64,000 nucleotides of DNA from positions 124,001 through 188,000 of the forward strand of contig JBHGNT010000001.1 of NCBI GenBank assembly GCA_043228905.1. The letters run 5' to 3'. Origin of the DNA: Azolla caroliniana (Eukaryota > Plantae > Polypodiophyta). The position numbers and the translations under genes were made by a program. Under the pieces are notes generated by a model, which saw nothing but the letters and a program-made list of their open reading frames with translations, searched no databases and was not told the origin of the DNA. Each line of letters begins with the position of its first letter. Within the stretch, counting starts at the first letter, position 1. Positions 1-12,546 of the stretch are shown here, piece by piece.

Positions 1-338
1 GTGTGTGTATATGAGGGAGAGAGAGAGAGAGAGAGAGTGAGAGAGACAAGGAATACGCAAGGTAAAGGTATATTGACAAAGGAGAAAGACTCAACATTAT
101 ACAAGGTGGGAGGAGGGTGCTTTATGTAGTCACCCTCTCTCTTCATTAACTACAAGGCTCATGGAACATGGGGAATGTGAAAGCTCATAAGTTATGTGTC
201 ATAGAATATGATTCTATGACTCATACTAAATGCTAGAATACAAAGTGGTGACATAATGGTGACTCTTGACCGTTGAGGTGTCTCTTCACTCTCAAGGTGA
301 GTTCACACACTAGACCAAGTTGAGCTTGATTCTCAACA
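1..338 (-). mobile_element. Ty1/copia LTR (cut by window start)
   Basis: Reverse complement starts TGTTGAGAATCAAGCTCAAC-TGGTCTAGTGTGTGAAC, nearly identical to the LTR start at 46114, which is followed by a PBS and gag. Confidence 0.8.
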
Positions 339-339
339 A

Positions 340-471
340 TTCGTAATGAGGCATAGAGCGAACTCTATGACGGACTCCAACTCCGCAAGCACCTCCAACT
401 CGGAAGATGTGTGGTTTGTTGACTCCGGTGCCTCACATCACATGACATCTCACGAACAGTGGTTTCGTGAC
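340..471 (+). pseudogene. Copia aspartic protease fragment
   Basis: 409-471 translates VWFVDSGASHHMTSHEQWFRD (copia DSGAS protease motif). Confidence 0.85.
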
Positions 472-479
472 TAGGGACA

Positions 480-766
480 AGGTGAACCATTGTATTTATA
501 CATGTTTGTGGGCTCTAAATGTAGTTCCATGCAGAGACTCCTTTTCATGCACAACCTTCTGGAATGTTCCAGCTCTGGAGCTTCTAGAAGCTTCTAAAAT
601 CTCCTACATGTAGAATACATAATCTATGGTAATCCATTAATATAATATGAGCATGTATTGGATGTGTTGGTTAAGACATATGATTTGTTCACATACAATA
701 GGTCAAGAGTTCGAGTCATGACATGATTGTTGTCATGTCTTGTGACATTGAGTTTGATTCTCAACA
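480..766 (-). mobile_element. Copia-type LTR fragment
   Basis: Ends TTTGATTCTCAACA (rc TGTTGAGAATCAAA), the same terminus as the other copia LTRs; left boundary approximate. Confidence 0.55.
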
Positions 767-785
767 ATTTTAATAGGTACTTTTA

Positions 786-1423
786 TGATACCACAAAAAG
801 TGGGGAATGATAGTGTGTGATGGCAAAACATCGGGAGGGAATCTCTAATAGGAGCAGTTGTAATAACAACATGATGTAACGTCGACCCTCTGGCCCCTTT
901 GAGCTATAAAAGGGAGGGAAAAAGTCTGTTGTGGGAATTGGTCATTTTGGGAGGGGAAGGTGTTGTCGGATTGTGATCTTGAGCACTTCAGGGTTTATGT
1001 TTTTCTTGTTCAGGTCGGTGGTGTGAGGCTTCTACTCGCGTAGGAAGCCTATGTGCTCCCGACCACAAGCTCACATTTGTATGTGCATTTGCTAAGCCCG
1101 AAGTTCAACTAGCTGGCCTAAGGCCATCTTTTGTATTCTTCTTTGTTTCTAATAGATTATTTGGTATTGTTGTATCCAAGTGTCTCTCTGTGTTGCATCA
1201 AATTTGTATCTTGTCTGTGGTGTCCGGGGAGGTATCGTCCTTCCTTCTCCGTTTTGTGCTTTTCCAAGTTGGTCTTGCGAGCCCGTATGCTCAACTTCCA
1301 GAATCTGGTAACCAGACCGGATTGACTACGGCTAACCGCAACCGTTGTTCATTCTTAATCTTCTTGGTCAAAGACCCCCGTGGTCCTGCCCAAGCCTACA
1401 CGCACATGTGGATTTCCGCGACA
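786..1423 (+). mobile_element. Solo LTR of the tRNA-Trp-primed gypsy family
   Basis: 3' end AAGACCCCCGTGGTCC..CTACACGCAC..CGCGACA matches the LTR end at 60170-60217; TGTAACG..CTATAAAA motif shared with LTRs at 51310-51338 and 59594-59625; 5' boundary approximate. Confidence 0.7.
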
Positions 1424-2299
1424 ACGCAAACTCTGCAAAGTGCAAAAGGCTTGTATAATTCTTATCCTAAATGCTTGAATAAAGTTCCTCACTAACCTCC
1501 TTTACCAGAACCATCAAAGATTCGCCCCATTTCTTCTACCTTCTACACCTTATATAAGGATGAGAAGATGATAGGATGCCTTCAACATGGGCAATTGTTT
1601 AACCACCCGACTACAAGATAAACACCTCATATGTAGAGGGCCTTCCCAACATATGGAGCATGCATGCGATTGGGCCCATATATAGGAACCCCTCTAGCTA
1701 GAGAATTATGAATTGTTAATAATTAGGTAATTAACTAAGGGTTAATTAGTATCTAATTACGTGAATAGTTAATCACGTATATGATTAAGTTGCGGAAGAT
1801 TATGTGATATGTGTGTGTGTGTGTGAGAGAGAGAGAGAGGAAGTTACACTTATGAACAATAAATGGGGGATGATTAATAAGTGTAGCTCAAGGAACTCTT
1901 ACTAATATTAAAGAGACATCAAAAAATAAAAATACCCACAATGAGGTATATATACATCTCATGTGCAAAGGTGCACATGTGTGAGGAGAATATAGGTACA
2001 AGGGTGTAAGTCCTATATTAAATGAACTTGATAGTTGGGGATCTAGAAGGTATCCCACTTAAGTACAAGGAACACAATCTTAGTTAAGACTTTATTGTCA
2101 ACATTCTAACTTAGTAGATTCTATCTAGGTAACTACTAAGTTAAGTGGTTAACTAAATGGCTAAACTTTAAAGTGGAGCTTGAAATACATGAATTATCAT
2201 GACTGGTCACATATCACTAACCTTCATGGAGGAATGCTTGAAAAAGAGGTCAACACTTAAGTTTAGGTTGAAGGTATACAATCCCCATGAAAAGTGAGA

Positions 2300-2432
2300 T
2301 TTAGGAAACCCTTCTTTACAACCGACCACGTCCTTAAATTAAGTAGCTTGGTGGACCAAGCAAAGGCAGAAAAGAAGAACATTGTGTATTAAATGGTTTG
2401 TATATTTCTATACGGCCTTTGATATGGTACCA
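2300..2432 (+). pseudogene. Degenerate non-LTR (RTE/L2-like) reverse transcriptase fragment
   Basis: FRKPFFTTDHVLKL..VDQAKAEKK then (frameshift) WFVYFYTAFDMVP, resembling GFRxxxSTxDH...FVDFxKAFDxV. Confidence 0.5.
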
Positions 2433-2466
2433 AGCAAAGGCTTCTTGCACTCAAATTTCCTTCAGC

Positions 2467-3228
2467 CTAATCTACCTCACTATCACCTATCCACTTGGCC
2501 TCCTTAGCAAATTCATGCAAACACCATGTAATATTCATGTAGATTGTGCTAAGAGAGTGCTATGATATGTGAGTAGCATATGGATTACGCCATCCTCTAC
2601 AAGTCAGCAAAGCCAATTTGATTCGAATGGTACACAAATGCCAACTAGGTTAGCTACAAAGACGATTGGCGTTTAACTTCATGGTTCGTCTTCCCTCTAT
2701 GAAGCAACAAGAAGCAGTCAACAGTCGTATGATCAAGCATAGAGGTCGAATATAGGGGTGCAGTCGTGGCTGCATGTGAAGCCATATGGCTTAAGAGGAT
2801 ATTGAAAGATCTAGACGTCTCCATCAACGACCCAATCTTGATCTACTTTGACAATCTCAATTGTATACATCTTGCTCGGAACCTGGTCTTCCATGCATAA
2901 ACAAAGCACATTGAGGTGCACTACCATTTCATTCGGTAACGTGTCATTGCGGGGGATGTCAATCTTCAACACATCAGGATGAATTTTCAGACTGTCAACA
3001 TCTTTACGAAAGCCCTAGGGACCAACAAGATTCGGCAATTCACATCGGACCTTGGTTTGTCAACCTCTAACTTGCCAAGCTTGGGGTGGAGTATCGATCG
3101 AAAGAAAACTGAGACCGGAGCTAGACATACCAAAAGATGGACACTAGTGGAGTTGAAAGTGGACAAACTAGCAAAGCCGAAGCCAAAAGTTGATTGTCCA
3201 ACGACCAAAAGTTGAGCTTGAAGGGGCG
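2467..3228 (+). pseudogene. Copia RT C-terminus/RNase H remnant with PPT
   Basis: Degraded LIYLTIT..FMQTP..CEAIWLKRIL..NLVFHA*TKHIEVHYHFI; purine tract GAAGGGGCG directly before the LTR at 3229. Confidence 0.85.
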
Positions 3229-3410
3229 TGTTGAGAATCAAACTCAACTTAACCTAGTGTGAGAACACACCGTACGGATATGTAATGGGTGTGAACACTC
3301 CACCACTTTGTAACAATAACTAATGTGTAATTTTAGAGCGAGGAACGATGCAGCAGATGTAGCATGTAGAAAAGGAGCAGGTCGCATGTGGCGCAAACAA
3401 TGCCGCCACA

Positions 3411-4811
3411 ATGCGACTTGTTTCCACCACGAGCAAGAGGTCGACGACGGATAAAACACAGGTTCCATCTATGGCTAGGCCGTACATGCGTACAGGGGAG
3501 TCTAGTGTACCCCCCCAACTTTCGCTTCATCTTTGTGATGAGAAAGTCGACCTAATGTTGTCGGAGGAGGATAAGATTACAGTCTTAGGAGAGGTTCAAC
3601 GTTTAGAGGTGTTTTCTTTGGTTGTGCAAGTACAGGGTGCGAGATTGAATAGATCGGAGCTTCGGCATACTTTGTACCCTGCCTTTTCGGAGGAAACGGA
3701 TAACATTGTCGACATTCAATTCATGTCTCGAGGATGCTACCATGTGGAGTTTGCCGATGAGGAATCCGTCACAAAGTTATTGGCAATTAAGGAGGCTGGA
3801 GTGGAAGGTGCGTGGTTGTCTTTTTATAAATGGTCGCATAATATTAAGGTAGATGACATATTGCAAGATCAAGAGTTTACTATGCTTTTTACGGCAATAT
3901 TTCCTGGATTGAGAAAGGAATGGAGGAATGTTCTGCCTAGTATTGGGGCGTTGTTTGGTAAGGTGATTGCTACGCGTTACGGACAGGATTATGGAATAGA
4001 TAGAGCGGGTGGGGCCCCTGCAGTTAGGATAATCGCACCAAGATCTAGACGTTTGCCAACAACTATTTCTTTACCTAATCTACTTATAAATAAACCGCCG
4101 ATTATACAAAAGGTATATTATCAAGGTTTGCCCGATCAATGTTTTGTGTGTCGACAGTTTCGGCATTTAGGTCGAGATTGTCAAAAGAGACGCTCGAATG
4201 TCAATATTGATGCTCATCCAACTACTCGACAACATGTTAGTAAAGATGGTTGGTCTACAGTGTCTAATAAACATGTTTTTAAACCAACTAATAAGATAAT
4301 TAATCCATTGTTACTACTAGAGGCTAATCCTTATCAATCTTTACAAACACTTGAAAAGGAAGCAGGGAGTAGTAAAGTCGATGGTGGTTTGTCCATTCCA
4401 GTTGGCACAATGGAGCATCAGCTGGATCATAATACAAATAAGGTGCAAACGGTAGAATCTTTTTCTAGGGTGAATAATCAATCAAGTAAGGACAAGCAGT
4501 TGGTTTTACATAAAGTACAACAAGATAATAGGTCCATAGTAGTGAATGAGATTACAACAAAGGAAGTGGTCAAGATAGACACATCACATACGGATATGGA
4601 TTGTGGCAATATAGCGGCGTTTACAGTTGTTAAGTCCTCCGATAGGGTCTCTATAGCAGATAAACATTTGCCAGTGCGTGCCCATAAGTTGTCAAGAAAA
4701 GACATGTGGTCAAATAGGAGACAATTAAGGGCCACGGAGGATGGAAGGAAAGGTAGAGAAGGTGCACTAGCCGAAAAAAGAGTAGGAGGGCAAAACATGA
4801 ATGATGGATAG
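3411..4811 (+). CDS. LINE ORF1 (DUF4283-like RNA-binding region, CCHC knuckle)
   Basis: 466-aa open frame with YQGLPDQCFVCRQFRHLGRDC; overlaps the ORF2 start. Confidence 0.85.
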   Translation: MRLVSTTSKRSTTDKTQVPSMARPYMRTGESSVPPQLSLHLCDEKVDLMLSEEDKITVLGEVQRLEVFSLVVQVQGARLNRSELRHTLYPAFSEETDNIVDIQFMSRGCYHVEFADEESVTKLLAIKEAGVEGAWLSFYKWSHNIKVDDILQDQEFTMLFTAIFPGLRKEWRNVLPSIGALFGKVIATRYGQDYGIDRAGGAPAVRIIAPRSRRLPTTISLPNLLINKPPIIQKVYYQGLPDQCFVCRQFRHLGRDCQKRRSNVNIDAHPTTRQHVSKDGWSTVSNKHVFKPTNKIINPLLLLEANPYQSLQTLEKEAGSSKVDGGLSIPVGTMEHQLDHNTNKVQTVESFSRVNNQSSKDKQLVLHKVQQDNRSIVVNEITTKEVVKIDTSHTDMDCGNIAAFTVVKSSDRVSIADKHLPVRAHKLSRKDMWSNRRQLRATEDGRKGREGALAEKRVGGQNMNDG

Positions 4812-7800
4812 GTTAAATCTTATTTCATGGAATGTACGGGGCTTAGGAGGTAGACATTGTTGTGAGGTAAGGAGTGTTTTCCGTCGTCAGCTAAGAAAAT
4901 CTTTGATCGGTAGGATTGATGTTTTGCTTATTCAAGAGCATCATTTAAATGAACAAAGAATTCAAAAATATGGAAATTTGTTGCCAGGCCAGTGGAAACA
5001 ATTCTGGGTGCTTGCGACTGGGGATAATAGTTTGAAAGTAGGTCTTTGTATAGCAATAAGTGATATTTGGTGGTCTGCTTTCATGCATTATGGAGTTTTG
5101 GATTGTGGTAGAGGACTATATAATTCTTCAAATCAGTTCAAAGAAGTGGGGTTTGTTGAATATTTATGCAGCGAATCATGCAAGAGATAGAACGGCATTA
5201 TGGAAGAGCATAGTGCCACAATTACCAGTTGTTGAACATTGGGCAATTGCGGGTGACTTTAATATGTTGGAGGATGCGTGTGATAGGTTAGGAGGCACAT
5301 TTCAACCATTATTTGGTTCAGAATTATATGAATGGGAACGGTTGATCTTTTCTCTAGGTTTAATAGACTTGTGGCATGTGTCTTCCTTTGAACGCATGCA
5401 AGATTCCTTAGCTTATTTACGTTCGGATAGAAAACAATCAAATACCAATTTTTCTAGGTTAGATAGAGTTTATGCGGATAATTTTTTGTGGGACAAAGGA
5501 GGCTCAATTGGAATTTTACCTTCATTTTCCTTTTCTGATCATGCACCACTTCGGTAAGTTATAGTCTTGCAAGAGCAACATAGAAATTCTAGGTTTAAAA
5601 TTCCGAATCATGTGTTTCTTAGACAAGATTGTGCTCCTAGTGTGCATAATATTTGGAACAAATACGACTATTCATATGATTATGCATTATCTAGTGTTCA
5701 AAACGCTATTAGCGAAACACAACAATTTTTCCACTATAAAGCTAAACAAGTATTTTATGAGTCTTGTACTAAAATAGGAAGACTTCGTAGGGGGTTGAAA
5801 TCTTTGCAACATCTACAAGAGAGAAGACCATATTCGATGTATATAAATTCTCGTGTGATACAAGTAGGGAACCAGATATTGGAATTACAAAAGATTTCAG
5901 CGGATTTTAATTATCATAATATATTGTCTTCATGGGCAGAATCGGGAGATAAAGTAAATAAACTGTTTTTTGCAGTGCATAATCATCATAAGACATCTGT
6001 TAGGATTTTGAGGTTAAAATGTCAAGATGGCTCTTATACCACGGATTCTAGTCAGAGGAGGCAAATAGCCTCAGATTATTATGAGACTTTGTTGAAAGCT
6101 AGGTCATTTTCGGAGAATGATTTGATTAAAAGGGACATCATATGGTCAAAGATTCAGAATAGGGTATCTGTAAAACTGATAGATTGTCTGTTACAACCGT
6201 TAAATTCTCTAGAGGTTTTTAAGGCTGCTAAAGCCCTTGCTAAAGATGTTTGTCCTGGCTTGGATGGGTTGGGAGTCCAGTGGTATATCCAATATTGGGA
6301 TTTGATAGGTGATGGATTGACCAAAGCCTACCAAAAGATATTAGATTCGGGAAATACGCCACAAGAATGGAAGGAGGGTTTAATTTATATGATACCTAAA
6401 TCAAGTGGACAATTAGAAGAACTTCAACATTGGAGACCAATTACCTTGTTGAATGTTATTTATAAAATATTAGCAAAAACATTAGCTAGAAGGCTACAGC
6501 CTTATCTGTCGGAGCTGATCCATGATTCTCAGACTAGTTTCATACAAGAGAGAAGTATTTTTTATAACATTATTCTCTTTTGGGAAATGGTTGCCTTTGC
6601 GGAATTGCGTAAGCAAGACTTAGCAGTATTATTTCTTGATTTTGAAAAGGCTTATGACAGAGTGGACTGGGATTTTATGGAGGGAACATTGGTTAGGATG
6701 GGTTTCCCAAACACATGGATAAGAGGAGTATCACCATTATATCGTGATGCGTATAGCTCTCTTTTATTTGCAGGGGATGTTGGTAGGAGATTCCCGATCT
6801 CAAGATCAATAAGACAAGGATGTCCACTTGCGCCTTTCCTGTTTTTATTAGTATCTGAAGCATTTTCTGTACATCTTAATTCTCAAGATGTAAATATCAA
6901 AGGGTTAGCATTACCAGTGTCGTATGCTGCTGTGGATATTGAGTTTGTTGATGACACAGCTTTATATGTTCAGGCTTCACGATGAAATTTAGCACAGGTG
7001 CAAAAGGCTGTGGATGATTTTTCAGATGCATCGGGTGCATTGATAAATTGGAATAAGTCATCAGGCTTTTGGGTTGCTCCAAGAGAGCCACCAGTTAATG
7101 TGCCTTCCTCAGGGTTCACATGGATACCTCAAGGTCAGTCCATTAGGTATTTAGGCTGTAGAGTGGGCTTGGAATTAAAGGCAGAGGATATGGTTGCACC
7201 CTTGTTATTAAGATTAAGGAATAAGTTAATTTACTGGAATAAGGAAAAGTTATCTTTAGCAGGTCGGATAGTTGTAGCTAATTCGGTCCTTTTGTCCTTG
7301 ATTTGGTATATAGCATCTACATGGCTATTTTCGAGGACAATAATGCTTAAAGTTCAACGCCTAATACGGAATTTTATTTGGGGGAACAACGCGTCTAACA
7401 ATTCAGTAGCAAAGGTAGCTTGGACAGTTCTTATACAACCTAAGCGGAAAGGAGGTTTAGGTTTGATTGATCCTTTTATGCAAAGTAAAGCCTTACTTTC
7501 TAAACATGTTGTTAGGAGTTTATTGCCAGGAGAGGAGTTATGGAAAAAGCTATGGATTCGGCATTTGCATAACGTTAAGCCATCAACAAGTGGTCAATGG
7601 AAAGATAGTCTTAGATGATTTTTTAATGCAGATTTTCCATTGCCGAAGTCTAATGTTGGATCCTTACGTTTTTTTAATGGAATATTTCGAGCATCGGAAA
7701 GTATTCGCCAAGCACTCATTTTCTTGCCTCCGAAAACTTATACTCAATTCATGCGTCAACCTTTGATATGGAACCCTTTATTTACGGATGAAGCCGCATG

Positions 7801-9187
7801 TGTGTTGGGTCTAAGGCCTAGGTTATCTTGGGCTGCAATGGATAATGGTCCAGCCCATACAGTTGCGGATTGGATAAACTTCTTGCAGACATTTGGATAA
7901 ACTTCTTGCAGACATTGGCTCAGGACCGAAAGAATAGGTTGTATAGGTTAAGAGGGGCAAATATAATGGTAGATCAATTGTCCATGGTGTATCAAGTCAC
8001 AGTACCAACTTTGCAACTCGATCATTTTCAAATGTGGTACGGTATGTTTTCGACACTTAATATACTTATAAGTGCTCGTTTATATCATCAAAATGGCAGT
8101 ATTCACTTCTATGAAGTGTTGGATAATGGTAGGTTGGTATTAGTAGATGTCGAGTCTCCAATCATGTCTGCTGCGAAGCAGTTACCAGTGCGAGTAATTG
8201 CTAGATTGGATAAAAAATTGGTTATTGACCCTAGTCCCTTAATTGCTAACTATGCATCTCATATTTGGGTGGTACACGCTAGACCACTTGTGGATCTACA
8301 GTGGGATCCTACGGATTATGGTTGAAAATTGTCCATGCCTAATAATTCCACTAAGGTCCTACCATTCTTCACATATTCGGTGGCGTTCGAGAGAAACTTT
8401 ATGTTGTGTCAGATTGAGTCAATACCTGCGGGAAAAAAGTATTGGGACGAAGGTAATGTATCATCTTCTCAGATGATGATGTTTTGGAAGCACTTTTGGT
8501 CAATTAAATGTATGAACAAGATATTACACTTTCGTTGGTTGATGATTCATTATGCATTGCCAATAGGTGAATTGATGAGGGGATCTGTAACTGATCGGTC
8601 GTGTGTTATGTGTGGTTATGCAAGTGAGTCATCATCATGTATTTTGGGAATGTGTTGTCGCAAAAAAGTTTTGGTTTAGAATTCTTAGGCTACTAGGTCA
8701 TAAGTATAGGTCATGGATTTTTACGTGGGGTGCAATCTTATGGGGAAAGTTAGATCAACAAATGACTTTCTATCATCAACATTACTCTTCTTTGTCATTA
8801 CGTGTCACAAGTTTGCAGGTAGACTATACTTCAACCTCATTGCAGGGAATCAAGTTTTTCTCCCGGAGTCACGTCTGGCAAATTGTCTCCTCTTTGGCTT
8901 TATGGATTCTTTGGAAAGCTAGGTGCTCCAAGCTATACAATGATGAAAACACTCACATCGTGGATCAGGTTAAGTCCTTTTGGAACTTATTGGTACATAC
9001 AGTTAAAGGTGAATATGATAGTTATAAGGGTTCTAGACACACAACTAATAAGAAAAGAATGAGAATTCGTAAAGTTTGGTCGTCTATACCTATTATGTTG
9101 AATGAAGCCGCAAATGTCAAGTGGAACTATGTACCACCTCGGTGGTTATTCCCGCCACCGGCACCATCTGTAGTAGAAATAACATGA
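4801..9187 (+). pseudogene. LINE ORF2 (APE endonuclease, RT, zf-RVT), disrupted
   Basis: SWNVRGL, GDFN, SRLDR, SDH; WRPITLLN, LDFEKAYDRV, RQGCPLAP, FVDD; CVMCG..HHVFWEC; stops at 5555, 6983, 7616 plus frameshifts. Confidence 0.95.
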
Positions 9188-9242
9188 TATAACATAGATG
9201 ACCGTTGATCTTTTTGTCAGGATAATTGATGTTGGTGAAACT

Positions 9243-9930
9243 CAAGGACATGGCAAGCCAAAATTGGGTGCCGACTAGCGATAAGGCAAGATGGTTGTTG
9301 TGGATGTAAGAAGCAATTTTCTTATGAGTGATAAGGAGGAGTGTAGATGGTGTGGGGGTTGAAGAAGCATATTATCATGAGTTGGTGAGGGTTTTTTTTA
9401 CATTAATTTGTTTCTGGTCTATATGGCAGGATGCTTGATGGAAGGAAATCAAGGACATGGCAAGCCAAAATTTGGTGCCAATTAGCGAGAAGGCGAGATG
9501 GTTGTTGTTGATGTAAGAAGCAATTTCTTCTTAGCGATAAGGATGAGTGTAGATGGTGTGGGGATTGATGAAACAATTATCATGAGTTGTAATTTGGCGA
9601 TAATCGGCGAGATGGTTGATGTGGACATAAGAAGAATTTTTTGAGGGATAAGGATGAGCGAAGACGGTGTGGGGGGTGAAGCAGAATATTATGAGTAGGT
9701 ATAGGAAATTGTTGAAAACGAGCAGTGATTGCCAAGATGGATGTTGTGGAAAAGGAAGTTGTTTATTTTTTTGAAAGGATGAGCAAGAATGTTGTCAACG
9801 TCATGAGTGGATTGGGACAGCTAATTTTTTCTTGGTAAATGGAGAGATGGCTGATGTGGAAATATTTGAAGCACATTTTTGTTTATAGTTTATATAACGA
9901 TGAGCGAAGATGGTGGCAGAGGCAGAAGCA
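9243..9930 (+). repeat. Degenerate array of ~5 units (~110-bp core) in LINE 3' UTR
   Basis: Recurrent GATGG(T/C/A)TG(T/A)TGT(G/T)GA..AAG..TTT..GA(T/G)GAG(T/C)G..GA(T/C)GGTG near 9243, 9450, 9600, 9730, 9841. Confidence 0.75.
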
Positions 9931-9985
9931 AAGTTTAGTGAGGGTCTAAGGAGAGTGGATTTTAGTAGAGAACTAGTCTTTTCAT

Positions 9986-10345
<360 letters not shown>

Positions 10346-10349
10346 TCAT

Positions 10350-10690
10350 AGTTTTCTACAGGCATTTTGAAAGCTTGTGGGTGCATTAGATCCACAAACA
10401 AGGGCGAGGAGATACATTTCCATTTTGAGAGGAAAGAGCTTTTCTGAAAAAGCCAACTTGTTGGAAATGCACTAGTAGATATGATGTGACATGGAATACA
10501 TTGTTTACAGGTTATGTGCACTAGGAGCTTGAAGAGCAGACTCTTAATGCTTTTGAGTGGATGCAAAAGAAGAGAATCTCTCTCCTAATTCTGTCACATT
10601 TGCAGGGTATGGCCAAATGAGAAGAAATGGAGTTGTAGCAAATCCTGTTGGAAATGCTTGTAGTCATACAGCCATGGTAGATAAAGGTCA
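10350..10690 (+). pseudogene. PLS-class PPR gene fragment inside the LINE
   Basis: GILKACGCIRSTNKGEEIH..LVGNALVDM..WNTLFTGYVH*ELEEQTLNAFEWMQK..PNSVTF; right boundary approximate. Confidence 0.85.
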
Positions 10691-11598
10691 AATATATTGT
10701 GAAGCCATGGTGATGAGCGTTTATTTGTAGGCTGATCAACATGCGAGAATGGAAGAAGATGGAGGAACATTGGGTCTTAGCCTATCATCACATGGGATGG
10801 GAAGAAGAGTCATGTATGTGTGTCCACCGTTCTTTGTAGTCTTCTACTTTGAGTCTTTGAGTTTTTTATTGGCCTATCATGGCCACAGCTTTTACGATGT
10901 TGTCAGACTAATCACTTTCTCATGTATGAAGAATTTATACTAATGAAGAATATTGTTTTGGAAAAAAAAAAAACTAATGTGTAATAGAATATAACTTCTA
11001 TGACACATAGATAAAGAGTTACTTAAGGTTCCCACCCTTTCCCAAGAGAGTTGTTTTAGTGAGAGAAAGTAGAGAGAGGGTGGCCTTATAAGCACCCTCC
11101 TCTCTCCCTTTGTAAATGTTTTTTGTTGTCATTCTTGTGAATATATTATTTCTATTGTTTTTTGTCTATCTTGTGTCTATTTTCTCTTCCCTCATATACA
11201 TATGGATACACACACCTCTAATCTATTTCCGCATCACATAATCACACAATTGATTATTTACAAGATGTTTGAAGCATCAAAGCAAATGGTGAAAACAAAA
11301 CATAACTTTGACATCTCTTGCCACCCTTTCAATATTGTGCTCCTCTCACAAATGACAAAAGCAGCATGGTATTAAGACAATATTTATGGCAACTCTATAG
11401 CCAATAGACTTTGGCTTACAACAAGGGAGCCACTACAAACATCATTCATGATCTTTAGTTAGAATGGATTCCAAAGCCTAAGGTACATGGATGTCTACTT
11501 GGTCAGACTAATAGGCAACAAAAAAATTTGCTCCCACCAACTAGAGGCATGTCAAGCAGATGATTGAGATTGCATTTGAAAACTTAATCCAAGCGTTG

Positions 11599-11855
11599 AT
11601 TTCATTGGGGAGGGTCATACAAAATAGGAGTCTTCTAGCAACAATTAACCTTTGCAACTATATTCTAACTATATGTTTTTTTGGCTTGTTAGTATGGGAG
11701 ACATTTAAGAGATTGTGATGTAGCAATTTCATTGGGGAGGGTCACACAAAATAGGAGTCTTCTAGCAACAATTAACCTTTGCAACTATATTATAAATATA
11801 TGTTTTTTTGGCTTGTTAATATGGGAGACATTTAAGAGATTGTGATGTAGCAATT
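11599..11855. repeat. 127-bp tandem duplication
   Basis: ATTTCATTGGGGAGGGTCA..GATGTAGCA starts at 11599 and 11726, few mismatches. Confidence 0.95.
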
Positions 11856-12546
11856 CAAAACAAGGGTCTAACATATGCAAACAAGTCTTTTCAAATTGGG
11901 AGATATGAGTTGAGAAATTCAAGTACACTTTGTTGTGTGGACCACATTGTCATGAAGACAATAATCCTTTGTCTGGGTTGAAAACTATTCCTTTACCAAA
12001 ATCTGGAGTTCTAGGATTATCGACTCTCCTCTTGACCCTATTGATATGAAGACCACACCCCAATCATAGAAAATTAGAGTATATTTTTCCAATGTTGTAT
12101 GACCACATTTTTCATAAAATGTTAAGTACTTTTGAAATAGTTGAAAACTATTTCCTTTAACACAATTTTGGGGTTTAGGGTTTATTTCCTTAACGATCTG
12201 CTTGACCCTAGATTTTAATATAAAGAACACATTCCAATCACATAAACACCACATCCAAAGAGTTCTACAGTAGTGCACTATTGAGGAGAAATATACATAA
12301 TTCTAATATTTTGATTCCAGAACCCTGCAATCTTCCAAACAAAGATGTCACAAAATCTCTGCCTTTGCAACCTAACCAACCGTACACAATAAATAGCTTT
12401 ACAAAGTTAACACCCATCTCATACAAGAGCAATATTCCTAGCTATGAAATTATGTTGTAAGTTTTATGGCCTCTTGGAAGTACATACAAATGTTTCAATA
12501 TTCAGTTGTTGAATCTTTCCTTGATCACGACAAATGATCCTCCCTC

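Noticed and set aside
786-793. TGATACCA as a reverse Met-i PBS
   Set aside because: Not adjacent to a copia LTR end; better explained as the decayed start of the gypsy solo LTR
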